Positions 24,556-31,693 of a DNA stretch of 36,854 nt are shown here, piece after piece. Origin of the DNA: an uncultured Victivallales bacterium. GTDB lineage: Bacteria > Verrucomicrobiota > Lentisphaeria > Victivallales > UBA1829. The DNA lies in assembly GCA_964483055.1 (NCBI GenBank), contig CAZAAM010000002.1:1-36854 (forward strand), given 5' to 3'. Numbering within the stretch: the first letter of the stretch is position 1; every line of letters starts with the position of its first letter. The notes under the pieces were generated by a model, which had not been told where the DNA came from, searched no databases, and was given only the letters and a program-made list of their open reading frames with translations. The translations under genes and the position numbers were made by a program.

Positions 24556-25514
24556 TCATTTCCTTTTCAGGACGATTCCTTCCAGCGGCGTGTTGCCGAA
24601 TGCATCCTCGCCCGGACGCTCCATGATCCGGCAGGTCTTCCTTCCGATTCGTTCGACGCGTTTCCCGTTCGGGAGTTCAATCGTTCGCAGCTTCCTCCGA
24701 TCCGGGGACGGAATCCATGGCGAAAGACGACGAAGACGCCGGCAGTTCAGAAACGCATAGTCGCGGATTGCGCGTTTCCCTCCGTCGATGCGTTTCACGA
24801 TCGGATTCGAAGGAAATGCCTCTCAACGGAAGCCGAGGCGCGAATCGTCGAGCGGGGTTTGCGAAAATGCGAGCGAGCCGACGCGGAGGTAGCGGCGGAG
24901 CGCTTTCAAAGACGAAATTCCTCCAGCAACGACGACATTGCGAAGCCGCTTGCAGTTCATGAACGCCTGATCGCCGATTTCCCGGCATCCGTTGGGGAGC
25001 CGCACCGTATGAAGCGAGGAACACCAGAGGAACGTTTTCTCTTCGATTTTTCGGATGCCGGAAGGAATGCGAACCTCGGTCAGAGACGTGCAATTGGCGA
25101 ACGCGCCTGCTTCGAGGGTGCGAAGCGACGAAGGCAGCTTGGGATTTTCCAGCTTCTTGCAGCGGGCGAAGGCGTAGCGTCCGATTCGTTCAAGTCCGGA
25201 ATTGAGACCGACCTTTCGCAGATTCTGACACAAGTAGAATGCGAACGGATGGATTTCGCGGACGCTCGCAGGCAGTTCGACCGATTCCAGTCTTTGGCAT
25301 TCCTGGAACGCCTTCGCGCCGATGACCGTCACTCCGTCCGGTATGCGGAAGATTTTGAGATCGATGTTCTTCGGATATTCGACCAGGACGCGTCCGTCCT
25401 TGCTGAAGCGGACGCCGAGACGCTTCGCCTCTTCCATTTCGGAATCCGCCGATGCATCGTTCGCACTTGCGCCGCATCCGGCGAAAACTGCGGAAGGAGA
25501 CTGGCTTTTCGCAT
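24556..25514 (-). pseudogene. Probable disrupted LRR lipoprotein gene (N-terminal frameshift plus internal TGA)
   Basis: (1) The same frame continues after the TGA at 24825-24823 into LRR-like sequence (AIRDYAFLNCRRL...IELPNGKRVERIG...GEDAFGNTPL) down to 24556. (2) Upstream of M(25437) the same frame reads SAVFAGCGASANDASADSE, a lipobox with no start codon before a TGA. An ATG at 25514 in another frame gives MRKASLL. A 1-nt shift near 25490-25503 would restore MRKASLL..AVFAGC. Confidence 0.4.
24823..25437 (-). CDS. BspA-type leucine-rich-repeat (LRR_5) protein fragment, 204 aa as an intact ORF
   Basis: Six clean ~23-aa repeats of the form (I/L)P-x-x-(V/L)-x-x-IG-x-x-AF-x-x-C-x-x-L, for example IPDGVTVIGAKAFQECQRLESVE and LPNGCREIGDQAFMNCKRLRNVV. 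It ends at an in-frame TGA (24825-24823). Confidence 0.7.
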   Translation of the reverse strand: MEEAKRLGVRFSKDGRVLVEYPKNIDLKIFRIPDGVTVIGAKAFQECQRLESVELPASVREIHPFAFYLCQNLRKVGLNSGLERIGRYAFARCKKLENPKLPSSLRTLEAGAFANCTSLTEVRIPSGIRKIEEKTFLWCSSLHTVRLPNGCREIGDQAFMNCKRLRNVVVAGGISSLKALRRYLRVGSLAFSQTPLDDSRLGFR

Positions 25515-25695
25515 CGGTCGGGATTGAATTTCTGACGCGCCGCCGCTGCGCTTTTTCGGGGGAAAGCGCATTTCATGGGGGCGAAGATGCAACGGGCTTT
25601 CGTCGCTTCCTTCCCGGATTTCCATGCGAACAAGGAGATCGGCGAGCATGCCGCGCATTCCTGCAGAATCCGGAAACGAGACGCCCAAGCGGAAG

Positions 25696-26208
25696 TCAGA
25701 CTCCGGTCGCGTCCTCCGCAAGAAGTCGCGGCGTCGCGGCGTCCGCCGTCTCTTCCGGCAAGCGGACGGAAAGCTCCAGGGAGACCGCCCCTTTTCGAAT
25801 TTCCGCGCGTTTGACGTCGAGCACGAACGGAAGGCGCAGGCGTTCCCGGCAAAGAGCGCGAGCGTTGAGCAGGACGCCTCGATTCGAGTCGCGCCGGAGC
25901 AGTCCGCCGGATCCCGCCGCAGCCACCGCGGCCGGATCCTTCAGAATCGAGGAGAGGATTCGGTTTCCGAAAAGAGCGAGCGGCTTGCTGGCGAATCCGA
26001 TGTTGCGGAAGACGATTCGCAGCGCGCCCTTTCCATCCGGTCGAATTTCAAGCTGGATTCGCAGATTCGGATTGAGCAGGCCGGGCCGCTTGATGTCGAA
26101 GCGGAGCGCGTCGCCTTCGATGCGGACGTTGCGCAGAACGTTCCGCACTTCGGGCAGGCCTGCGGCAATGCGTCCAAGATCGGACGAATTCGCTTCAATG
26201 CGCATCAT
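25696..26208 (-). CDS. Hypothetical protein, 170 aa (ORF B of a coupled pair)
   Basis: Starts MMRIEANSSDLGRIAAGLPEVRNVLRNVRIEGDALRFDIKRPG. The ATG at 26208 overlaps the ORF A TGA (ATGATG). It has an alternating beta-strand-like pattern and codon usage like neighbouring genes. No family recognised by eye. Confidence 0.55.
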   Translation of the reverse strand: MMRIEANSSDLGRIAAGLPEVRNVLRNVRIEGDALRFDIKRPGLLNPNLRIQLEIRPDGKGALRIVFRNIGFASKPLALFGNRILSSILKDPAAVAAAGSGGLLRRDSNRGVLLNARALCRERLRLPFVLDVKRAEIRKGAVSLELSVRLPEETADAATPRLLAEDATGV

Positions 26209-26438
26209 TCGAGTTCCGCTTTGATGTCCGCGCCGTCCGTTGCTGCGTCGCAGAAGAGCCTGCCGCGCAAGCCCGCGCATTCGAACTTCGTCTTCAGATT
26301 CAGTTCCGCGCCGGAGAGAGCGAGTTCGCGTCCGCCGAGCGCGATGCGGAGTCCGGAGGAGGAAAACTCCGCCTTGTCATGAAAATACGCACGAAAAAGT
26401 CTCGCGAGATCCTCGTTGTCAAGATGGATTCGGATCAT
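26205..26438 (-). CDS. Hypothetical protein, 77 aa (ORF A of a coupled pair)
   Basis: Starts MIRIHLDNEDLARLFRAYFHDKAEF. The ATG at 26438 has GAAAGGGA about 9 nt upstream. Its N-terminus parallels that of ORF B. Confidence 0.5.
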   Translation of the reverse strand: MIRIHLDNEDLARLFRAYFHDKAEFSSSGLRIALGGRELALSGAELNLKTKFECAGLRGRLFCDAATDGADIKAELE

Positions 26439-26642
26439 ATTCCGGATTCCCTTTCATCGTTTCATCGTTTTCCGTTCCATGCGATGCGACATTCGCGGTC
26501 GGAGCTCTTTCGACCGTTTCGCGCAACGCGTTCGAATCGGCGATTCATCCGTCCGTTTCCACTGCCCGTGTTTCGGATCGTCGTTTCACGCCGTCGCCGG
26601 CGGAATGCGGATTCGAACTTGCCGGGCTTCGTTTCAAACGCA
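26439..26642 (-). promoter_or_regulatory. About 200-nt structured 5' leader (or separate small RNA) downstream of the consensus promoter
   Basis: This is the distance from the predicted TSS (~26642) to the ORF A ATG. The transcript strand is purine-rich and carries GAAACG-type repeats and nested helices. There is no convincing ORF. Confidence 0.35.
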
Positions 26643-26648
26643 GTCGCC

Positions 26649-26677
26649 ATTATACAGCTGCGCATGGCGTTTGTCAA
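26649..26677 (-). promoter_or_regulatory. Perfect-consensus sigma70 promoter
   Basis: The minus strand reads TTGACAaacgccatgcgcagctgTATAAT. This is 6/6 plus 6/6 with a 17-nt spacer (plus-strand tgtcaa 26672-26677, attata 26649-26654). Confidence 0.7.
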
Positions 26678-27062
26678 GCCGGCCGCCTCAGAAAGAGCCC
26701 TTTTTGTTCGACATCGCTTCCGCTTGAAAAAACTTCGAAAATTATTGCGAATTCCAGGAAGATTCCGTTGATTTGAGGAGGATGTGAAACGAGGCATTGT
26801 TCCGTTTCTGCTCCGTTTTCACCGATTCCTGGGAATTTCGTCTCCACGCCCTTCAACAGGCGATTCGCAGCGCGTCATCGCGCGAACTCGGAGAACCGAC
26901 AATCTTTCCTGCAATTTCCGATTCGCATGAGGCCGCATGGAATCGCCTTGCCGGGGAAATCCTTTCCGGGCGCGGGTTGAGGAGATGCGTCTTTCCCGTT
27001 CCGGGCGGCGCGGATCAAGGCGCGGCGTGACATGTCGATCATCTTTCAAAAATCCAAGCGAG

Positions 27063-27108
27063 CGAACATTCATTCGCGCTTGAAGAGCGTTCGGCGAACA
27101 TTCGTTCC
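27063..27108. promoter_or_regulatory. Two tandem GAAC-N4-(G/A)TTC boxes (Cheo-type LexA-box-like), 32 bp apart
   Basis: 27095-27108 CGAACATTCGTTCC matches 13/14 of the CGAACRNRYGTTYC consensus used by Gram-positive LexA. 27063-27076 CGAACATTCATTCG is a degenerate copy. The two share GCGAACATTC. The region lies 33-78 nt upstream of the -35 of the LexA-family gene. Confidence 0.35.
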
Positions 27109-27140
27109 ATCAAAAGATTCGCGGATTTTCCGAAAATCGC

Positions 27141-27169
27141 TTGACAAATGCGCATTTCGGTGGAATTGT
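27141..27169 (+). promoter_or_regulatory. Putative promoter of the LexA-family gene
   Basis: TTGACA (27141-27146), a 17-nt spacer, then TGg-AATTGT (extended -10-like, 27161-27169) in an AT-rich island. Confidence 0.45.
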
Positions 27170-27175
27170 TTAAAT

Positions 27176-27193
27176 ATTGAAAAATATTTCAAT
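27176..27193. promoter_or_regulatory. AT-rich inverted repeat at the predicted transcription start of the LexA-family gene (operator candidate)
   Basis: ATTGAAA-aata-TTTCAAT, perfect 7-bp arms, located 7-24 nt downstream of the -10. Confidence 0.4.
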
Positions 27194-27228
27194 TTGTTAA
27201 AATGTCTTCAATGAGGAGAAATTCATCC

Positions 27229-27858
27229 ATGAGAGACTTGACGCAGCGCCAGCTTGCCGTGCTGAACTTCATTCGCGCCTTCATTGCCGAAGAGGCCATG
27301 CCTCCGACCGTGGGCGAGATCGCTCGGCGCTTCGGCGTCACCACGTCTTCCGCCTTTACTCACGTCGTCGCCTTGCAAAAGAAGGGCATGCTGACGCGAA
27401 GCTCGAAGGCGCGAAGCATTCGTATTCAGTCCGTCGGCAACTTGTGCGAGGCGTTGGATGGAACAGCCTTGATTCCTTATTACGAGGCGAAGCCGGCGCA
27501 TGGCTGTCGATCGGAGGAGGCGGCGTTTCCCGGAAGATCTGTGATCGCCATGAGACTTCCGCCATCCTGCGTCGAACGGATTCCAAAAGAGTTCGGAATG
27601 CGAAACGACGACATTGCATTTCTTGCGCCGATGCCGAGGCGCGGCGCCGCTCCTCCGCGCGAACTTGTCGTATGGAAGAACCGCGCAAGCGGTCGCATGC
27701 GAATTTTTTCCTTGGCGTCTGAACTTCCGGCCTGCGCTCAATCCGGCGATGCGACATCGCCCTGGTTTCCTGTGGGCGTGCTTGTTGCGTTTCAACGTCC
27801 GGTTTCCGTGCAGGAATCGAGCGACGAAGCATCAGGATATGAAAAGGGAAAGGCGTGA
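27229..27858 (+). CDS. LexA-family transcriptional regulator with an atypical C-terminal domain, 209 aa
   Basis: The N-terminus (MRDLTQRQLAVLNFIRAFIAEEAMPPTVGEIARRFGVTTSSAFTHVVALQKKGMLTRSSKARSIRI) aligns along its length with the LexA winged-helix domain. The C-terminal half has S24-like spacing but non-canonical catalytic motifs. The ATG at 27229 follows GAGGAGA at 9 nt. The track start at 27202 is over-extended. Confidence 0.8.
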   Translation: MRDLTQRQLAVLNFIRAFIAEEAMPPTVGEIARRFGVTTSSAFTHVVALQKKGMLTRSSKARSIRIQSVGNLCEALDGTALIPYYEAKPAHGCRSEEAAFPGRSVIAMRLPPSCVERIPKEFGMRNDDIAFLAPMPRRGAAPPRELVVWKNRASGRMRIFSLASELPACAQSGDATSPWFPVGVLVAFQRPVSVQESSDEASGYEKGKA

Positions 27859-27885
27859 ACGCGGCTTTGACCGCGTTGACGATTT

Positions 27886-27910
27886 GGACGCGCAAGCGTC
27901 CTTCTTTTCG
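27886..27910 (+). terminator. Intrinsic terminator after the LexA-family gene
   Basis: GGACGC-gcaa-GCGTCC followed by TTCTTTTCG. It is preceded by a second hairpin, AACGCGG-ctttga-CCGCGTT (27858-27877). Confidence 0.55.
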
Positions 27911-27918
27911 TCGCGAGC

Positions 27919-27947
27919 TTGAAAAAACGAAGGGCTTGTGATAAGTT
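27919..27947 (+). promoter_or_regulatory. Putative metH promoter
   Basis: TTGAAA-17 nt (ending TGa)-TAAGTT, about 60 nt upstream of the ATG at 28008. Confidence 0.4.
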
Positions 27948-28007
27948 ACGCCTTTCCTTATCCGCGCGGCGCGCGCGAACGAACGCATGGCGATGGAGGC
28001 GATAGCG

Positions 28008-31000
28008 ATGCAGACAGACGAAACCGCATCCTGCAGCGGAACGATCCGCGATGAACTGGCGCGGCGCATACTGATTTTAGACGGCGCGATGGGTACGATG
28101 CTCCAGCGTATGAATCTGGAGGAAGCGGATTTCCGCGGAGAGCGCTTCGCGCGGCATGCGATTCCGCTCAAAGGAAACAACGAGGCGTTGAATCTGACGA
28201 GGCCGGACGCCGTGGCAACGGTTCATCGCGCCTATCTGAAAGCCGGCGCGGATATCGTGGAAACGAACTCCTTCAACGCGATCTCCTTTTCTCAAAAGGA
28301 GTACGGTCTGGACGGAATGGCGCGGGAGCTTGCACGCGCTGCGGCGGAGATCGCGCGCCGCGAGGCGGACAGCTTTTCAACGCCGGAACGCCGCCGCTAC
28401 GTCGCCGGCTCGATCGGCCCTACGGGCAAGACGCTTTCCATGTCTCCCAAGGCGGAGGATCCCGGCTTTCGCGACGTGACGTTCGACGAGATGGAGACCG
28501 CGTACCGTGAAACGGTCGCGGGACTGCTGGATGGCGGAGTCGATCTGATTCTCTTGGAGACGATTTTCGACACGTTGAACGCGAAGGCGGCGATTGCGGC
28601 CCTGCATCGGGAGTTCGAGGCGCGCGGACGGAGCGTTCCCGTGATGATTTCCGGAACGCTGAGCGACGCGAGCGGACGGCTTCTCGCCGGGCAGAGCGCA
28701 GAGGCGTTTCTGATTTCCGTCCTGCATGCGCCGGACCTGCTGAGCGTCGGCTTCAACTGCGCGCTCGGCGCGGCGGAGATGCGTCCGCATCTTGCCGATC
28801 TCGCCGCACAGTGCCCGGTCTTTGTCAGCGCGCATCCGAACGCGGGACTTCCGGACGAATCGGGATGCTATCTGCAGGATCCGGAGACCATGGCGGGCCT
28901 GATTCGCGACTTCGCGACATCCGGTCTGATCAACATTGTCGGCGGATGCTGCGGAACGTCGCCGGATCACATTCGGGCGATTTCCAAGGCCGTTGACGGA
29001 ATCGCGCCGCGCAAGCCGGCGACGCCGCGTGCCGCCCTGCGTCTGGCGGGTCTGGACTCTCTGGTCGGAAGCGAAGAGATTCCCTTCTTCAATGTCGGGG
29101 AGCGAACGAACGTCGCCGGTTCGCGCAAGTTCTTGAATCTGATCAAGGCGGGAAACATTGCGGACGGGCTTCGCATCGCCCGCGGGCAGGTGGAGAACGG
29201 CGCATGCATCGTGGATGTCAATATGGATGATCCGATGCTCGATGCGCAGGCGTGCATGCGCGAATTCCTGTTGAATCTTGCAGGCGAGCCGGAAATCGCC
29301 CGCGCGCCGCTGATGATCGATTCCTCCAATTGGGATGTGATGATCGCCGGGCTCAAGTGCGCGCAGGGCAAAAGCATTGTGAACTCCATCAGCCTGAAGG
29401 AAGGAGAGGAAACGTTTCTGAAGCACGCGCGCGAAGCGAAGATCCTCGGCGCCGCGGTTCTTTGCATGGCGTTCGATGAGGAAGGGCAGGCCGATACGGT
29501 GGAACGCCGAGTCGCCGTCTGCCGTCGGATGTACGATCTTCTGACGAAGCAAGCGGGCTTTTCTCCCGACGACATCATCTTCGACGTCAACGTGTTTGCC
29601 GTCGCTACCGGAATTCCGGAACATGATTCCTACGCGGCGGATTTCATCGAGGCGGTGCGCATTCTGAAACGGGAGCTCCCGCGCTGCCATTTTTCAGGCG
29701 GAATCAGCAACGTCTCCTTTTCTTTTCGCGGAAACGATGCGATCCGCGGCGCGTTGCACAGCGTGTTTCTGTATCATGCGGTTCGCGCGGGGCTCGACAT
29801 GGGAATCGTCAATCCTGCGCAGCTCGCGCTGTACGACGATCTTGATCCCAAGCTGCGAGCGGCGGCGGAGGCGGTGATTTTGAATTCCTGTTCTGGCGCG
29901 GCGGAAGAGCTTCTTGCCGTCGGAACGGGGCTGAAGGCGACGCCGGTCGACGCGAACGAAATTCCCGCATGGCGCTCGGAGCCGCTGGAGCGGCGCATCG
30001 CGCATTCCCTGATACATGGGGACGACCGTCATCTTTCCGCGGATATGGCGGAGGCTTTGGAACGATATGGATCGGGCGTCGCAGTCATCGAGGGCCCGCT
30101 CATGGACGCGATGAAGGAAGTCGGCGTCCGGTTCGGCGAAGGGAAGATGTTTCTTCCTCAAGTCGTGCGCACGGCGCGCGTCATGAAAAAGGCGGTGGAC
30201 ATTCTGATTCCGCCCACGGAAGACGGTTCGCAGGAGCGTGCGACAAATGGAACGATCGTCATTGCGACGGTCAAGGGGGACGTGCATGACATCGGGAAGA
30301 ATATCGCCGCAGTCGTATTGCGTTGCAACGGATTCCGCGTTGTCGACCTTGGCGTGATGACGCCCTGCGAGACGATCATGGAAGCCGTCGAACGCGAACA
30401 TGCGGACGCCGTAGCGTTGAGCGGTCTCATCACGCCGTCGCTTGCGGAGATGCGTCGCGTCGCCGAGGAAATGCAGGCGCGGGGATGGACGATTCCTCTT
30501 CTGATCGGCGGAGCGGCGACGAGCGCGCTGCATACCGCCACGAAGCTTCAGCCCTGCTACGACGGGCCGGTCGTGCGCGTCCCGGATGCGTCGTGCGACG
30601 TGCCGGTTCTGACTGCGCTGCTCAATCCGAAGACGCGTCCGGGATTCGTACAGGAGCTCAATGCCGAATACGAGGCGCTTTGCCGCACCGTTGAGAATGC
30701 TCGCTCTTCCTTCCTGAGTCTTGCCGATGCGCGCGCGCGCCGCTTCCGGCCGAAGACGCCCTATGCGCCGTTTCCCGCGCCGAAGGATTGCGGGATTCAC
30801 GAGATTCGGATCGAAGATGCGGAGGAGATTCTGCCGTGGATTCATTGGAACGATCTTTTCCTGATGTGGCGAATCGCCGCAGGGAGCGATTGCTCGAACG
30901 ATGTTCGAACGCGCTTGCGTGAAGATGCAGGGAATATGATTTGCAATCTGTTCAGAAGAAAGGACTATCGTCCGAAGGCGGTCATGCGCGTCTTGCCTGC

Positions 31001-31637
31001 GCACGCGGACGGAGATGATGCGGTTCTTCCGGACGGACTGCGTCTGCCGATGCTTCGCGCCGTCGCGCCTCCGCCGCAAGACAAGCCCTGCTACTGCGCG
31101 GCGGATTTTCTTGCGGCGCAAGGAACTGCGGATTGGCTCGGATTCATCGCTTTGACGGCGGGTCTGGGAACGGAGGAGCTTGCGCGGGAGTTCGAACGAA
31201 ACGACGATTCCTATTCCCGGATTCTGCTCGGAACGACCTGCAATCTGATTGCGGAGGCGTTGGCTGAAAAGGCGCATTTCGAAATGCGCGCCGGCCTTTG
31301 GGGGTATTCCGACGAGACATGCGATCCGGCGGCCTGCATTGCCGGCCGCTATGTCGGATTCCGATGCGGACCGGGCTATCCCAGCATGCCGGATCACTCC
31401 GTCAAGCGGGAGATTCTTCCGCTTCTGGAGACGGAACGCCGCCTGGGAACCGGACTTACGGAATCGTGCATGATGATCCCAGAGTCGTCCGTCTGCTGCG
31501 TCTGCTTCGGGCGGCCTGAGGCGCGTCCGGGAACGGTAGGCCGTCTTTCCGAAGAAGCGTTGGCGGACTATGCGTCGCGTCGCGGTCTGGACAAGGCTTT
31601 GCTGGAGAAACTGATCGCATCGCCGATCGGGCGCTGA
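28008..31637 (+). CDS. metH: Cobalamin-dependent methionine synthase, about 1209 aa
   Basis: It has a homocysteine S-methyltransferase domain (ILILDGAMGTMLQ), a pterin-binding domain, a B12-binding DxHxxG motif (GDVHDIGKNI) and a C-terminal AdoMet-activation domain. The ATG at 28008 follows GGAGG at 8 nt. In-frame ATGs at 27987 and 27993 are alternatives. Confidence 0.92.
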   Translation: MQTDETASCSGTIRDELARRILILDGAMGTMLQRMNLEEADFRGERFARHAIPLKGNNEALNLTRPDAVATVHRAYLKAGADIVETNSFNAISFSQKEYGLDGMARELARAAAEIARREADSFSTPERRRYVAGSIGPTGKTLSMSPKAEDPGFRDVTFDEMETAYRETVAGLLDGGVDLILLETIFDTLNAKAAIAALHREFEARGRSVPVMISGTLSDASGRLLAGQSAEAFLISVLHAPDLLSVGFNCALGAAEMRPHLADLAAQCPVFVSAHPNAGLPDESGCYLQDPETMAGLIRDFATSGLINIVGGCCGTSPDHIRAISKAVDGIAPRKPATPRAALRLAGLDSLVGSEEIPFFNVGERTNVAGSRKFLNLIKAGNIADGLRIARGQVENGACIVDVNMDDPMLDAQACMREFLLNLAGEPEIARAPLMIDSSNWDVMIAGLKCAQGKSIVNSISLKEGEETFLKHAREAKILGAAVLCMAFDEEGQADTVERRVAVCRRMYDLLTKQAGFSPDDIIFDVNVFAVATGIPEHDSYAADFIEAVRILKRELPRCHFSGGISNVSFSFRGNDAIRGALHSVFLYHAVRAGLDMGIVNPAQLALYDDLDPKLRAAAEAVILNSCSGAAEELLAVGTGLKATPVDANEIPAWRSEPLERRIAHSLIHGDDRHLSADMAEALERYGSGVAVIEGPLMDAMKEVGVRFGEGKMFLPQVVRTARVMKKAVDILIPPTEDGSQERATNGTIVIATVKGDVHDIGKNIAAVVLRCNGFRVVDLGVMTPCETIMEAVEREHADAVALSGLITPSLAEMRRVAEEMQARGWTIPLLIGGAATSALHTATKLQPCYDGPVVRVPDASCDVPVLTALLNPKTRPGFVQELNAEYEALCRTVENARSSFLSLADARARRFRPKTPYAPFPAPKDCGIHEIRIEDAEEILPWIHWNDLFLMWRIAAGSDCSNDVRTRLREDAGNMICNLFRRKDYRPKAVMRVLPAHADGDDAVLPDGLRLPMLRAVAPPPQDKPCYCAADFLAAQGTADWLGFIALTAGLGTEELAREFERNDDSYSRILLGTTCNLIAEALAEKAHFEMRAGLWGYSDETCDPAACIAGRYVGFRCGPGYPSMPDHSVKREILPLLETERRLGTGLTESCMMIPESSVCCVCFGRPEARPGTVGRLSEEALADYASRRGLDKALLEKLIASPIGR

Positions 31638-31693
31638 TCGCGGAAATGGACGGGCATGGACCCGTTCGCCATAAGTCGCTATTTATTATGTAT

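Noticed and set aside
24823-24825. In-frame TGA in the LRR gene as recoding (Sec, or an alternative genetic code)
   Set aside because: TGA is used as the stop in many well-supported genes here, including six ATGA overlaps. I recognised no SECIS-like context. A pseudogene or a sequencing error is the simpler explanation.
20570-25527. ORFs 20570..21697 (+), 23065..24054 (-) and 24331..25527 (+)
   Set aside because: They are antisense to the kinase, the LtaS-family gene and the LRR gene respectively. LRR genes characteristically leave the opposite frame open.
26797-27042. 77-aa plus-strand ORF (TTG start) and a 55-aa antisense ORF (27042-26875, MIDMSRRALIRAA...)
   Set aside because: Neither has a properly spaced Shine-Dalgarno sequence or recognisable motifs. 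Each is the shadow of the other. The SRR motif is not followed by a hydrophobic Tat/Sec segment. The interval is kept only as an unassigned region under findings.
27911-28007. Possible cobalamin or SAM riboswitch upstream of metH
   Set aside because: The interval between the terminator at 27910 and the metH start is under 100 nt and contains a promoter-like element. That is too short for those aptamers, and no conserved cores are visible.
28377-31397. Minus-strand ORFs 28377..29690 (437 aa) and 29694..31397 (567 aa)
   Set aside because: They are antisense to metH, whose four domains are clearly recognisable on the plus strand.
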